A stretch of 64,000 nucleotides of DNA from Gemmatimonadota bacterium (GTDB lineage: Bacteria; JAAXHH01): positions 1,725,235-1,789,234 of the forward strand of contig VXMB01000009.1 of the NCBI GenBank assembly GCA_009841265.1, given 5' to 3'. The notes beneath the pieces are model-generated. The model made no database searches and had not been told where the DNA came from. It saw only the letters and a program-made list of their open reading frames with translations. Shown here one piece after another: positions 26,454-36,186 of this stretch. The translations under genes were made by a program, and so were the position numbers. The first letter of the stretch is position 1. The number at the start of each line of letters is the position of its first letter.

Positions 26454-28103
26454 ATGGTGACCGGTTTAACCCGAAATCCCACCTGCGCGGAGGTCATCGC
26501 GCAGACCCTTCACGAAGCCGGCGTCCGATTCGCTTTCGGGCATCCCGGTGGTGAAGTACTTGAGTTGATGGACGCACTGGAACGGTCGGGGATCCGGTTC
26601 GTCCTGACCGGACACGAGTCCACGGCGGCCTTCATGGCGGCGGCCGTGGGACGCCTGACCGGTACCCCGGGGGTCTGCGTGGCGACCCTGGGACCCGGTG
26701 CGTGCAACCTGGTGCTCGGTGTGGGGACCGCCTACCTGGACCGCGACCCCGTCCTGGCCATCTCTGCGCGGACGTCGACGGAAAGGCACCACCGGAGCAA
26801 CAAGCAGAACCTGCCGCTGATCGACCTCTTCACCCCCATCACCCGGTGGTCCGTCGACCTCGAAGGCGCGGACGTCGAGGACACCGTGAAAACCGCCCTT
26901 TCCGTCGCGGCGGGGCCGCCGCGGGGCCCGGTATACCTCTCCCTGCCGTCGGACGTGGCGGGAAAGCCGGTCGCCGGCCCGGATTCCGCGGGCAGCCAGG
27001 CAGGCCGCGGGACAGTGCATCCACCGCTTCCGACCCCCGCACACGAATCGGATCTACCCCGCATCCTGTCCACGTTGAACGGCGCCGAAAGACCCGTCGC
27101 CGTGGTCGGCATCGCCATGGACGCGGCCAGAGACGCACCGGCCGTCCGGCGTTTCCTGCGCGATACCGGCCTGCCCTACGCGTCGACCGTGCAGGCGAAG
27201 GGGATCGCCGATGAACTCGGTGACGGTTTTCTCGGCACGATCGCGCCGGCCGCCGGCGAAGACCGGATCATCGAATGGCTGCAGCAAAGCGACTGTGTGC
27301 TGGGCATCGGCTTCGATCCGGTGGAGGTCTCCCGGCTCTGGCATTTCGACGCGCCGCTGCAGATCGTCGCCAACGCCCCCGTGGGGTTCGGTACCTTTAC
27401 GCCGCCGGCGGCCTGCGTGGGCGACGTGTCCGCCCTCCTGGGCCGCATCGCGGAAGGATACCGCGGGCGATGCCTGTGGACGGCCGACGACATCGGTTAC
27501 CTGAGGGCCCGGGTCGACGCGGTCTATCACCCGCCGTCCGAGGAGGGACCGGCAGGCATGTCGCCCTACCACCTGGTGGGCGCCCTGCGGGACGCGCTCC
27601 CGGACGACGCCGTCGTTTCCTCGGACGTGGGCGCGCACAAGAACGTAATGGGACAGCGATGGCGGGCGCCGGAACCGGGCACCTTCCTCATGTCCAACGG
27701 CCTTTCTTCCATGGGTTACGGGGTAGGCGCGGCCATGGGCGCGGCCATGGCCCTGCCCGACCGCCCGGTGGCGGCGGTGACCGGTGACGGCGCCTTCGCC
27801 ATGATGGTCCAGGAACTCGAGACGATCAGGCGCACCGGCATCGCGCCGTTGATCGTCGTCCTGTACGACGCGTCGCTGGCGGTCATCAAGATCGCCCAGC
27901 AGGCCAGGGAACTCCCCGTGACCGGGGTCGACTTCGCGCCGGTGGAGTGGGTGAAGGTCGCCGAAGGATTCGGAATCCCCGCGGAGGACGTAAGCACCCC
28001 GGACGAAACCCGCGACGCCGTTGCGCGGTGGGTGCGTCGGCGGGATGCGCGGGTCCTGGTCGCCCGGGTGGACGAACGGCTCTACACGGGGTTGAAGTAC
28101 TGA
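26454..28103 (+). CDS. Thiamine pyrophosphate-binding enzyme (acetolactate synthase-like)
   Basis: FGHPGG, HESTAAFMA, TLGPGACN, SDVGAH, GLSSMGYG, TGDGAFAM. Confidence 0.88.
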   Translation: MVTGLTRNPTCAEVIAQTLHEAGVRFAFGHPGGEVLELMDALERSGIRFVLTGHESTAAFMAAAVGRLTGTPGVCVATLGPGACNLVLGVGTAYLDRDPVLAISARTSTERHHRSNKQNLPLIDLFTPITRWSVDLEGADVEDTVKTALSVAAGPPRGPVYLSLPSDVAGKPVAGPDSAGSQAGRGTVHPPLPTPAHESDLPRILSTLNGAERPVAVVGIAMDAARDAPAVRRFLRDTGLPYASTVQAKGIADELGDGFLGTIAPAAGEDRIIEWLQQSDCVLGIGFDPVEVSRLWHFDAPLQIVANAPVGFGTFTPPAACVGDVSALLGRIAEGYRGRCLWTADDIGYLRARVDAVYHPPSEEGPAGMSPYHLVGALRDALPDDAVVSSDVGAHKNVMGQRWRAPEPGTFLMSNGLSSMGYGVGAAMGAAMALPDRPVAAVTGDGAFAMMVQELETIRRTGIAPLIVVLYDASLAVIKIAQQARELPVTGVDFAPVEWVKVAEGFGIPAEDVSTPDETRDAVARWVRRRDARVLVARVDERLYTGLKY

Positions 28104-28293
28104 TTTTCCGGGTTCCAGGGAGGATTCGTTAGCTAGCACTGCGGTACGGAAAGCTATCCGCGGCGCAGCGAAAAAAAGCGTGGCGCTGAAGCGCCTCGTC
28201 GGTATATTGAACCCGCCTTTAACGGACCCGGTCCACCTCCGGCCCGGACCAACGTCTCACTACCCACCGTACGCCAGGAGAGAAACTGCATCT

Positions 28294-29556
28294 ATGGGGG
28301 GCGACTTTACCCTGTATCTGGCCGTAGCGCTCGGGCTGTACATGGCCTTCTCCATCGGCGCGAACGACGTGGCCAACGCCATGGGTACGTCGGTGGGGTC
28401 CAAGGCGCTCACGATCAAGCAGGCCATCCTGATCGCCGGCGTGCTCGAATTCCTCGGGGCCTTCCTGGTGGGAGGCCAGGTCACCAAAACCGTTCGGGGA
28501 GGCATACTGGACCCCCAGATTTCGGCGGCTGCGCCGGAGCTCATCGTGTACGGCATGCTCGCGGCGCTCATGGCCGCGGGTACCTGGCTCGTAGTCGCTT
28601 CCCGGTTGGGCTGGCCCGTGTCGACCACTCATTCGATCGTGGGAGCCATCGCGGGCTTCGGCATCGTCGCCTTCGGCTTCAACGTCGTACAGTGGGACCA
28701 ATTAACGCAAATCGTCGCCTCCTGGGTCGTCTCGCCGCTGCTGTGCGGCATACTGGCCTACCTGATCTTCAGCGCGATCAAATGGACGATCCTCCGCCAC
28801 TCGGATCCCGTGCGGCGGACCCGGAAATGGGCGCCGCTCTATATTTTCAGCGTCGTCGTCGTGATTTCACTCGTCACCCTGTTCAAGGGACTGCAGAACG
28901 TCGACCTGGATCTCACGCTCGCCGAGTCGCTCCTCTGGTCCGGCGTCCTGGGCATCTTCGCGGTAATCGCCGGCCACTTCCTGCTCGGGATGATCGGTAA
29001 CCGGTCGGGGACCGAAGCTATGGACACATCGTCCGGTGACGGCCAGATGGCCATCGTCGAGAAGATGTTCGGCGTGCTCCAGATCATGAGCGCCTGCGCC
29101 GTGGCCTTCGCCCACGGCTCCAACGACGTGGCGAACGCCATCGGACCGCTGGCGGCCGTGGTGAATATCAGCCAGTCCGGCGTGGTCAACCCGGAGTCTC
29201 CGGTGCCCAGTTGGCTCCTCTTGGTCGGCGGCATCGGCATCGTCATCGGCCTGGCGACCATGGGCTACCGCGTCATGGCGACCATCGGCACCAAGATCAC
29301 GGAGCTGACGCCCACCCGGGGATACTCGGCCGAATTTGCCGCGGCCATTACCATCGTCCTGGCCAGCCGCCTCGGACTGCCCATCTCGACGACCCAGACC
29401 CTGGTCGGCGGGGTCATGGGCGTGGGACTCGCCCAGGGCGTCAAGGCCCTGGACCTGAGCATCCTGGGCCGGATCGCGGCTTCCTGGATCATCACCGTAC
29501 CCGTCGGCGCCCTGCTGGCGATAATCTTCTTCTACGTTTTCCGGGCCATACTTTAA
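28294..29556 (+). CDS. PiT-family inorganic phosphate transporter
   Basis: GANDVANAMGTSVGS, PVSTTHSIVG, HGSNDVANA, PISTTQ. Confidence 0.93.
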   Translation: MGGDFTLYLAVALGLYMAFSIGANDVANAMGTSVGSKALTIKQAILIAGVLEFLGAFLVGGQVTKTVRGGILDPQISAAAPELIVYGMLAALMAAGTWLVVASRLGWPVSTTHSIVGAIAGFGIVAFGFNVVQWDQLTQIVASWVVSPLLCGILAYLIFSAIKWTILRHSDPVRRTRKWAPLYIFSVVVVISLVTLFKGLQNVDLDLTLAESLLWSGVLGIFAVIAGHFLLGMIGNRSGTEAMDTSSGDGQMAIVEKMFGVLQIMSACAVAFAHGSNDVANAIGPLAAVVNISQSGVVNPESPVPSWLLLVGGIGIVIGLATMGYRVMATIGTKITELTPTRGYSAEFAAAITIVLASRLGLPISTTQTLVGGVMGVGLAQGVKALDLSILGRIAASWIITVPVGALLAIIFFYVFRAIL

Positions 29557-29605
29557 ACCTGCGGACGGCCTGGACGACCGGCCCGGACGGTCTGGATGAC
29601 GCCGC

Positions 29606-30367
29606 ATGAACGAACCCCCGCTGGACGCCGTCGACCCTGAAGAAATCCAACCGCGGCCGCGACTCGCGTTCACCCTCGCTTCCACCGCGCTGGTACTGGG
29701 CGCCTACCTGATGCTGCAGGTCGCTGTGACGGTCGTCCTCATAGCCGTGCTGGACCTGGATCCGACGGAACGCATGGGCGACCTGATCGCCGTGGGCGTA
29801 ATCCTCTCCGCCATACCCTGTACATTCCTCCTGCTGCTCATCCTGGACCGCCCCGGCCGCGCGCGTGGCATGGACCCGCGAACCTGGCTGGCGCTCCAAC
29901 CGGTCCGGGATTCCACCGTGCTCGCCTGGGTGGTATTCGCCTTCGTGCTGCTTCAGCTTGCCGACCTGATCACCGTGGAATTCGGACGGTCGCCGGTACC
30001 GCCGGTCATGGAGTCGGTCATCGAAACGACCCGGTATACGGCGCTGCTCTGGTTCGCGCTCGTGATCGCCGCGCCGGTCTTCGAAGAAGCGCTGTTCAGG
30101 GGGTTTCTCTACACGGGGCTGCGCCGGACGAAGTTAGGCGCCGGGGGAACGATCGTTGTCACCACGCTGCTCTGGACAATGCTGCACGCCGCCCAGTACG
30201 ACCAGTTCTTCCTGACGCTGATCGCCCTGATCGGCATCCTGCTCGGGATCGCCCGCGAGTATACTGGTTCGCTGTACGTCCCCCTCGCCATCCACGGGGT
30301 GAACAACCTGCTCAGTACCCTTCAGATGACGGAAGAAAGAGACGCGCTCGTCAACGCGTTATTTTAG
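29606..30367 (+). CDS. CPBP/Abi intramembrane metalloprotease
   Basis: APVFEEALFRG, WTMLH, HGVNN. Confidence 0.88.
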   Translation: MNEPPLDAVDPEEIQPRPRLAFTLASTALVLGAYLMLQVAVTVVLIAVLDLDPTERMGDLIAVGVILSAIPCTFLLLLILDRPGRARGMDPRTWLALQPVRDSTVLAWVVFAFVLLQLADLITVEFGRSPVPPVMESVIETTRYTALLWFALVIAAPVFEEALFRGFLYTGLRRTKLGAGGTIVVTTLLWTMLHAAQYDQFFLTLIALIGILLGIAREYTGSLYVPLAIHGVNNLLSTLQMTEERDALVNALF

Positions 30368-30434
30368 AGATGATGCGTTTCGTTTGGTAGAGGTGGGGAT
30401 TCCGCGGCGTACGGACCTGCCTGGCCAGGACTAA

Positions 30435-30517
30435 CCTGGTCCCGCTCGGCCTGACCCGGCCCCGCTCGGCCTGGTCCCGCCCGGCCTGACCTGGTTCAAC
30501 CTGACCTGGTTCAGCCT
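30435..30517. repeat. Degenerate pentamer-periodic repeat between convergent genes
   Basis: cctgg tcccg ctcgg cctga cccgg ccccg ctcgg cctgg tcccg cccgg cctga cctgg ttcaa cctga cctgg ttcag. Confidence 0.75.
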
Positions 30518-30693
30518 CAGACGCCGAGGGCTTTCTTGTTCTCGGGAGTCAGCCTGGTCAGCGTGCGCTTGAACTTGTAGTGGCCCTCTTCGGACTTGAC
30601 GGGTTTGACCAGCAGTACGGTCTGGGCTTCGTCTTCCTGGTTCTTATCGCTTCCCTTGGCCATCTTGGCCGCAAAGCTCCTGTCCTTAGCCAT
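30517..30693 (-). CDS. Small basic 58-aa protein, DUF4295-like
   Basis: MAKDRSFAAK...VKPVKSEEGHYKF; SD GGAGG before ATG 30693; the ORF-track extension to 30963 is unlikely. Confidence 0.6.
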   Translation of the reverse strand: MAKDRSFAAKMAKGSDKNQEDEAQTVLLVKPVKSEEGHYKFKRTLTRLTPENKKALGV

Positions 30694-30773
30694 TTCCGTT
30701 TCCTCCTTGAAGGTGAATTCCTGTTTCGTTACAGTGCGGCCGCGATCGGCTCGTTGGTCTTCTAAACGCGTCC

Positions 30774-30802
30774 AATCTAACGATTCTGCTTGACAAATGC
30801 AA
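30774..30802 (-). promoter_or_regulatory. Putative promoter of the small protein gene
   Basis: TTGCAT-17 bp-TAGATT on minus strand. Confidence 0.35.
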
Positions 30803-31087
30803 TAAAAAACATCAAGATCAAAGTAACTGTCATCGGAACCTGTCTGCGATTCCGGCGTGCGTGGGTGCACCGGAAGCCCGCAAATCGCCGGTTCGGGGCG
30901 ATATACTTGAACCATAAGCCCTGCCGCGAGAGGAGACAACATGGATCTGTAGGGATAAGCCATGTAACCGCTGTACTTACGTGTGCAATCGTATGGTTAA
31001 TCGAGAAGCATCGTCCAGAACCCCCTTAAGTGTTCATGCATCTTCGCGATGACTGCGCAGTATGCACGAAGGGGGATGGGGGATACA

Positions 31088-33736
31088 ATGATCAGGATTT
31101 CCGGCAACAAACCAGCGACGTTCGTACTGCGCTCCATCGCGCTGTTTTGCTTCATGGCGGCATTCCTCATGGTCACCGCGCAGCAGACCCTGGCGCAGGA
31201 GTCCGCCGAAGAGACGGCAACCGGTGAAGAACAGTCGACTTCGGCCGAACAGCAATTGCCCGAATTGCCCATCGTGCTGGAAGAGGAACTGGAAAGCATG
31301 ACGGTGGTCGGAGCGCGGACACAGCCCCGGACCATCACCGAGTCCACCGTACCCATCGACGTGATTCAGGTCGAGGAATTCATCCAGCAGGGCGGTTCGG
31401 ACCTGGCCGACCTGATGCGGAACGTCGTTCCCTCCTACAACGTCAATACCCAGCCGATCAGCGACGCGGGCACGATCGTCCGGCCCGCCAACCTGCGCAG
31501 CCTGGCGCCCGACCAGGTGCTGGTCCTGGTCAACGGCAAGCGCCGGCACCGCGGCGCCGTGATCAACTGGTATGCAAACGCCGTGGCCGAAGGCGCGCAG
31601 GGCCCCGACCTGGCGGCGATTCCATCCATTGCGCTCGAAAGAGTGGAAGTACTGCGGGACGGCGCCTCGGCGCAGTACGGTTCCGATGCCATCGCGGGGG
31701 TGCTGAACTTCCAGCTCAAGAACAATTACGACGGATTCAACCTGGAGACCAAGGTCGGCAGCTTCCAGGACGGTTCCGGCAGGTTTCTCGGCGACGGGGA
31801 GCTTTTCCTGATCGCGGGTAATGTGGGGGTGGGCCACGAAGACGCGTGGCTCAGCCTCAGCGCGGAATACGGCAACTCCAGCGAATCGGTCCGTTCGGTG
31901 CAGACGGCTTCCGGCCGAGCCCTGATCGCGGCCGGCAATCTCGAAATCGCCAATCCCGAGACCTTCTGGGGCCAGCCCTTCGTTCGGGACGACCTGAAGA
32001 TCTTCGCAAACTTCGGCGCGGCGATCGGGGATGACCTCGAATTCTTCGGCCACGCCAACTACGCCAGCAAGGAAGTCGACGGCGGTTTCTACTTCCGGAA
32101 TCCGCACACCCGCGGCGGCGTGTACCAGGGCCCCGTGGTGACCATCGACGGCGTGGACCGGGCTACACTGCTGGTCGGCGACCTGGACGGCTTGGGCCAG
32201 GGCAGTGAATGCGCACCGGTGCCCATCATCAACGACCGGCCGGACCAGGAAGCCTGGCTGCGGGTTCGCGACGATCCCAACTGCTTCTCGTTCCTGAAGA
32301 TGTTTCCCGGAGGGTTCACACCCCGTTTCGGCGCTTTCGCGTCGGACGAGTCCGTGGTGCTTGGCATCAGGGGACGGGCGGCGACATTGCTGCGCTGGGA
32401 ACTGAGCGCGGCGTACGGACGCAACGAGGCCGACTACTTCATTTACAATACGGTTAACGCCTCCATGGGTCCCGACACTCCGACCTATTTCGATCCGGGC
32501 TCCTACGTCCAGTCCGAAGTCAACCTGAACTTCGACATGACCTACCCGGTCGGCAACAACCTGGTCCTGGCTGCCGGCCTCGAACGACGGACCGAGACCT
32601 TCGAACTGGTCGAAGGTCAGATCGAGTCCTACCTGATCGGCCAGCCGCTCGCCAGCCAGGGGTTCACGCCGGCTACCAATGGTTTCGCGGGATTCAGCAA
32701 GGTCGCCGCGGGTTCATGGGACCGTTCCAACAACGCGGTCTACCTGGAAGGCGGACTCACGCCCACGGACCGTTGGCTGCTCGACCTGGCCGTGCGTGCC
32801 GAAGATTTCGAAGATTTCGGTACGACCACCAACTACAAGGTGGCCACGAACTTCAGCTTGACCGACGAAGTGAAACTACGCGGCAGCGCCAGCACGGGTT
32901 TCAGGGCGCCGACGCCCGGCCAGCAGAACGCCTTCAACATCACGACGGAGTTCGACCTGGAACTGAACGACCTGGTGAACAACGGTACGGTGCCTTCCAA
33001 CAGCCGCGCGGCCGAGTTGAAGGGCGGCAAGCCGCTCGACGCGGAGAAATCCGTGAATATCTCCGCGGGCCTCGTCTTCGATCTGGGCACCGTGAGCGCC
33101 ACCATCGATTATTTCGATATCCGGGTGCGCGATCGGCTGACGGTCTCCCAGAATTTCGAGCTCACCGACGAGGAGAGAGCCCAGTTGATCGCCGAAGGCA
33201 TCACCAGCGCGGCGGGGCTGCAGGGCTTTCAGTTCTTCACCAACGACTTCGACTCCGCCAACCGGGGTATCGATGTGGTGATATCGGCGCCGGTGGGGAC
33301 GGGCACGATGAGCCTGGCCTACAACTACACGAGCTCCGAAGTCACCGATCATAATCCGGAAATCCTGGATGCCACGCAGATCAAGGCGCTGGAGGAGGGA
33401 CTCCCCAGGCAACGCGGCAATCTGACCCTGACCCAGCCCCTGGCCGATAACTGGAACGCCCTGGGGCGGGCCAGTTACTTCGGTTCCTGGTACGATTTTC
33501 GCGATGGCGAGACCTATGACGGCAAGGTCCTGGTGGATCTGGAAAGTACCATCAGGTTCAACGACGACCGGTCCAGGATAACGGTTGGCGCGCAGAACAT
33601 CCTGAACACCTATCCGGACGAGAATCCCCATGCAGCCGGTGGCCCCTCGGGCGGACCCGGCAACAAGTACAGCCAGTACAGTCCGTTCGGCTTCGGCGGC
33701 GCATTCTGGTACGTCAAGTATGGCTTCTCGCTCTAG
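31088..33736 (+). CDS. TonB-dependent receptor (unrelated to the cassette pair; substrate unknown)
   Basis: Signal peptide, VVGARTQPR, LVLVNGKRRH, VEVLRDGASAQYGSDAIAGV, C-terminal YGFSL. Confidence 0.92.
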   Translation: MIRISGNKPATFVLRSIALFCFMAAFLMVTAQQTLAQESAEETATGEEQSTSAEQQLPELPIVLEEELESMTVVGARTQPRTITESTVPIDVIQVEEFIQQGGSDLADLMRNVVPSYNVNTQPISDAGTIVRPANLRSLAPDQVLVLVNGKRRHRGAVINWYANAVAEGAQGPDLAAIPSIALERVEVLRDGASAQYGSDAIAGVLNFQLKNNYDGFNLETKVGSFQDGSGRFLGDGELFLIAGNVGVGHEDAWLSLSAEYGNSSESVRSVQTASGRALIAAGNLEIANPETFWGQPFVRDDLKIFANFGAAIGDDLEFFGHANYASKEVDGGFYFRNPHTRGGVYQGPVVTIDGVDRATLLVGDLDGLGQGSECAPVPIINDRPDQEAWLRVRDDPNCFSFLKMFPGGFTPRFGAFASDESVVLGIRGRAATLLRWELSAAYGRNEADYFIYNTVNASMGPDTPTYFDPGSYVQSEVNLNFDMTYPVGNNLVLAAGLERRTETFELVEGQIESYLIGQPLASQGFTPATNGFAGFSKVAAGSWDRSNNAVYLEGGLTPTDRWLLDLAVRAEDFEDFGTTTNYKVATNFSLTDEVKLRGSASTGFRAPTPGQQNAFNITTEFDLELNDLVNNGTVPSNSRAAELKGGKPLDAEKSVNISAGLVFDLGTVSATIDYFDIRVRDRLTVSQNFELTDEERAQLIAEGITSAAGLQGFQFFTNDFDSANRGIDVVISAPVGTGTMSLAYNYTSSEVTDHNPEILDATQIKALEEGLPRQRGNLTLTQPLADNWNALGRASYFGSWYDFRDGETYDGKVLVDLESTIRFNDDRSRITVGAQNILNTYPDENPHAAGGPSGGPGNKYSQYSPFGFGGAFWYVKYGFSL

Positions 33737-33768
33737 GTAGGGTTTGTCGCGCTGAGTACGGCTCGAAT

Positions 33769-33809
33769 ACGCCCCGGGACCCTCAAGGTTCCGGGGCGTT
33801 TCTTTTTTT
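33769..33809 (+). terminator. Rho-independent terminator after TBDR
   Basis: acgccccgggacc-ctcaa-ggttccggggcgt stem followed by tttcttttttt. Confidence 0.85.
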
Positions 33810-33899
33810 GCCAGGTGGCCGGGGATGACTATTCAATAGACAATGGGGGCCTCCCGCCGTATCTTGATCCGGCCCATACGTGATAACCGGAGTGGCTGC

Positions 33900-35057
33900 A
33901 TGACTGCGCAAATGACACGGCGAAAAACCAAAAACCAGGCCGATCGGAAGACGAAAGGCGGGAAGCCCGAAGGCAGGAAGCCCGAAGGCAGGAAACCCGA
34001 TGGCAGGAAACCCGAGCTGAGAGGCCTTACCCTGCCCGAGATCTCGCGGATCGTCGCCGAGATGAACGAACCGGCGTACCGGGCCGGGCAGATCGCCTCG
34101 TGGGTATACAAGAAGGCCGCGGGTTCTTTCGACGAGATGACCAACCTGTCCAAGTCGCTACGGACCGAACTGGCCGACCGTGCGTGCCTGAACCCCCTGA
34201 CCCCCATCCGGAAGTCGAAGTCCCGTCACGGACCGACCACGAAGTACCTGTTCGAACTCCAGGACGGCCAGAAGGTGGAAACGGTGCTGATCGGCGGGTC
34301 GCGGCGCAACACGCTCTGCATCTCCACGCAGGTGGGATGCGCCATCGGCTGCCGGTTCTGCGCGAGTGGGCTCGAGGGCCTCGTGCGAAACATGACGTCG
34401 GCCGAAATCGTCGACCAGGTCGTGCAGGTAAAGAAGCAGGTCATGCTGGCCGGCGATGACCGCCCCATCAACAACATCGTCGTCATGGGCATGGGGGAGC
34501 CGCTGGCGAATTACCGCCCGGTGCTCAGGGCCGTACGGATCATCAACGCCGACTGGGGGCTCGGTATCGGCGCCCGCAAGATCACGTTGTCCACCAGCGG
34601 ACTGGTACCGAAGATCTACCAACTGGCCGAAGAGAAGATCCAGTTCGAGCTGTCCGTTTCACTCCACGCCGCCGACGACCGGACGCGGACCTCGATCGTC
34701 CCGATCAACCGGCGCTATCCGCTCAAGCAGCTCATGAGGGCCTGCCGCCATTACACCGGGACCACCGACCGCATCATTACCTACGAATATGTCCTGCTCA
34801 AGGGCGTGAACGACCGGTTCCAGGACGCGGAGAATCTCGTAAAGCTGTTGAAAAAGGATAAGTGCAAGCTTAACCTCATTCCCTATAACCCGGTACAGGG
34901 CCTGCCCTACGAAACGCCCGACGAACACCGGCGTACGGCCTTCGCGGATGCGTTGCGGGCGGGCGGACTGCAGTTGACCATTCGCCGGGAGCGCGGACGG
35001 GACATCGACGCGGCGTGCGGGCAACTGCGCCTCGCCGAATCCCGCAGGAGCCGCTGA
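33900..35057 (+). CDS. rlmN: 23S rRNA (A2503)-C2 methyltransferase RlmN
   Basis: CISTQVGCAIGCRFC radical SAM motif, MGMGEPL, LNLIPYN, DIDAACGQL. Confidence 0.95.
   Translation: MTAQMTRRKTKNQADRKTKGGKPEGRKPEGRKPDGRKPELRGLTLPEISRIVAEMNEPAYRAGQIASWVYKKAAGSFDEMTNLSKSLRTELADRACLNPLTPIRKSKSRHGPTTKYLFELQDGQKVETVLIGGSRRNTLCISTQVGCAIGCRFCASGLEGLVRNMTSAEIVDQVVQVKKQVMLAGDDRPINNIVVMGMGEPLANYRPVLRAVRIINADWGLGIGARKITLSTSGLVPKIYQLAEEKIQFELSVSLHAADDRTRTSIVPINRRYPLKQLMRACRHYTGTTDRIITYEYVLLKGVNDRFQDAENLVKLLKKDKCKLNLIPYNPVQGLPYETPDEHRRTAFADALRAGGLQLTIRRERGRDIDAACGQLRLAESRRSR
33961..34016 (+). repeat. 15-bp coding repeat (RKPEG x4) in RlmN N-terminus
   Basis: ggaagcccgaaggca x2, ggaaacccgatggca, ggaaacccgag. 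Confidence 0.85.
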
Positions 35058-35060
35058 CGG

Positions 35061-35132
35061 CCTGGCGGACCTGGCGGACCTGGCGGACCAGGCGTACCAG
35101 GCGTACCAGGCGGACCGGGCGGACCAGGCGGG
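35061..35132. repeat. Tandem array of eight 9-bp units between rlmN and GT9
   Basis: cctggcgga x3, ccaggcgta x2, ccaggcgga, ccgggcgga, ccaggcggg. Confidence 0.9.
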
Positions 35133-35145
35133 CCGGAGAATCACC

Positions 35146-36186
35146 ATGGATCATGCATCGTCACCCCGGATCCTCGTGGTGCGGCCCGACCGGATCGGGG
35201 ACGTGGTGCTCTCCCTGCCGGTGCTGGACGCCCTTCGGCATCGCTGGCCAAAGGCCTACCTGGCCATGTTGGCGCGTCCCTACACCCGGGACGTACTCGA
35301 GCGAAATCCCTGCCTGGACGCCATATTCGAAGACGATCCGGAGTCTGTTCACCGTGGTCCGGCGGGTTTTTTAAGGCAGGTGCGGCGACTGCGCGCCCAG
35401 GCCTTCGACACCGCCCTGGTGCTCATGCCGACCATGCGTCATGTGTGGATGATATGCCTGGCGGGCATTCCCCGGCGCATCAGCGTGGGACGGAAGGTCT
35501 ACCACGCGCTCACCCGCACCCGGTCCCTCAGCCGCCACCGCTATATACCGCTCCGCCACGAATCCGACTTCTGCCTGGACCTGGCCCGGATCATCGATGC
35601 CCGGGAACCCGGGAACCGGCCGCTGATCGAATTGAAGGAGAAGGAGCGTCAGGGGGCCCGCGCGGTCCTGGCCCGGTCACACGGACGGCCGGTCATCGGC
35701 ATCCATCCCGGCAACGGGCGCAACGCGCCGAACTGGACGGTCGAGCGTTACGCGGCACTTGCGAGGACCCTGCAGGATCGCCACGGCGCGAAGATCGTCG
35801 TGACCGGGAGCGCGGAGGAGGAGCATCTCGCCGAAGCGATTGTGTCCCCCCTGGACGGACCCGCCCTTTCGCTGGCGGGGCGGCTGACACTGGGCGAGCT
35901 CATCGCGGTAATCGGTGAACTGGACCTCCTGGTGAGCAGCAGCACGGGGCCCATGCACCTGGCCGGGGCGCTGGGCGTTCCGACGGTGTCCGTCTTCTGT
36001 CCCCTGCCCGCCAGGTCGCCCGAACGGTGGCGGCCGCTGGGCGGCCGGGACCGCAACCTCCTGCCGCCGGAGGGACAATGCCCGACCTGCGACCGCGGCC
36101 CCTTCTGCGAGCTGTCCGGCATCACCGTGGACATGGTCGGGGAGGCCGTTGGGGAGCAATTGGCCCGCGGATGTGCGAAACGATGA
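35146..36186 (+). CDS. Glycosyltransferase family 9 (LPS heptosyltransferase-like)
   Basis: ILVVRPDRIGDVVLSLP, VSSSTGPMHLAGALGVP. Confidence 0.9.
   Translation: MDHASSPRILVVRPDRIGDVVLSLPVLDALRHRWPKAYLAMLARPYTRDVLERNPCLDAIFEDDPESVHRGPAGFLRQVRRLRAQAFDTALVLMPTMRHVWMICLAGIPRRISVGRKVYHALTRTRSLSRHRYIPLRHESDFCLDLARIIDAREPGNRPLIELKEKERQGARAVLARSHGRPVIGIHPGNGRNAPNWTVERYAALARTLQDRHGAKIVVTGSAEEEHLAEAIVSPLDGPALSLAGRLTLGELIAVIGELDLLVSSSTGPMHLAGALGVPTVSVFCPLPARSPERWRPLGGRDRNLLPPEGQCPTCDRGPFCELSGITVDMVGEAVGEQLARGCAKR

Noticed and set aside
26454-30367. TPP enzyme, PiT and CPBP as a functional unit
   Set aside because: Spacers of 190 and 49 bp and no functional link; ordinary genes.
16752-31087. Cobalamin, TPP or glycine riboswitches upstream of the three TBDRs or PiT
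   Set aside because: No conserved cores (e.g. B12 box GCCACTG, TPP CTGAGA) recognised by eye; an Rfam cmscan would settle it.
17041-35132. Short tandem arrays as CRISPR
   Set aside because: Units are 5-9 bp, contiguous, with no unique spacers and no cas genes.
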